DNA of 64,000 nucleotides from positions 14,722,851-14,786,850 of the forward strand of contig MU056000.1 in NCBI GenBank assembly GCA_013239625.1, in the 5' to 3' direction. Made by a program: the position numbers and the translations under genes. The DNA comes from Lama guanicoe (lineage: Eukaryota). The notes under the pieces were generated by a model. That model was not told the origin of the DNA. It saw nothing but the letters and a program-made list of their open reading frames with translations, and searched no databases. Positions 63,193-64,000 of the stretch are shown in pieces (position 1 is the first letter of the stretch; each line of letters opens with the position of its first letter).

Positions 63193-64000
63193 AGGCATGG
63201 GGAGAAGAATACCGATATACGTGTACAAAACCGTCACCATTGCCAGGCAGACTGACATTCTGAATGAATATTCACTCTAGATGGCTTCTCTTGATGAGGC
63301 GAAGCCAGGAGGCCCTCAACTACAGAATCCAGGAGCACATCCCCAAACAATATTGTCCACAGAAACAGGGATGGAGAATCAGCTACTTTAAATATTAAAC
63401 AACACTCACTCCACGTTTTTTTATTCAGCTCTCATGGTGAAAAATAAAGGATGTTAAGGTGAACATATTGCACCATTTTGTTTAAAACTGGGAAGAAAAT
63501 TACATACAAAAATATTTCAATATTGAAGTCACATTATCTTTGTTTAGACCTCTCATTAATTTTTTTCTTAAACAAAGATTTCATTAATCCAAAATTATTT
63601 TCTTAGTGACTAACGCATTCGAGAAATGTTTCAACGCTCTCTGATCCAAAATAAAACATAAAATTGCTGAGACCTTTAATCTGTTAACTCAAGGATCTTA
63701 ATTTGTCAGTTAAAAATCATCTAACACTTATAACCGAAAAGGAAAGACAATAAATTGAATGTGATAGAGTGACTCATGATAACTTTAGCTGTGTTCGCCA
63801 CCATCACTAACTGTGGCCTAAGGAATCAGCAGTCAACATCGTCTCATTTCAGCACCACTAGTAACAGCCCTTCTCTTTCATCGTCGTGCCCAGTTGTCCT
63901 CCAGTAGTCTGTGAGGTTAACTACTGCCTCAGTCTGTGGAGATCATGCAAGTGTGAAGCCTGCTGTTTCAGTTAGCAATCACTTCTGAGAGGGAAAAAAA

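Overview
AT-rich, CpG-depleted placental mammal genomic DNA. It is most likely camelid (alpaca, llama or camel): it has one Vic-1-type tRNA-derived SINE and three short lineage-type L1 3' ends, and I saw no Alu, B1 or Bov-A/BovB elements. I found no recognisable protein-coding gene, RNA gene, CpG island or processed pseudogene. The supplied ORFs are chance frames or decayed L1/LTR fragments. A large part of the window is interspersed repeats: old L1M/HAL1, L2, MIR, many MaLR (MLT1) LTRs, ERV1/ERVL LTRs and MER-type DNA transposons. The rest is unique AT-rich sequence, as in a gene desert or very long intron. The most notable structures are a deeply nested transposon stack at 15.0-18.3 kb built on an ERVL (ERV3-16A3-like) gag remnant, a young CpG-retaining solo LTR with TSD, a poly(A)-only insertion with a perfect 17-bp TSD, two probable twin-primed L1 inversions and a template-switch palindrome. 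There are also several unverified micro-exon and enhancer candidates. I do not see convincing evidence of a previously undescribed biological system. Repeat subfamily names are from recalled consensus similarity, and most boundaries are approximate unless a TSD is quoted.
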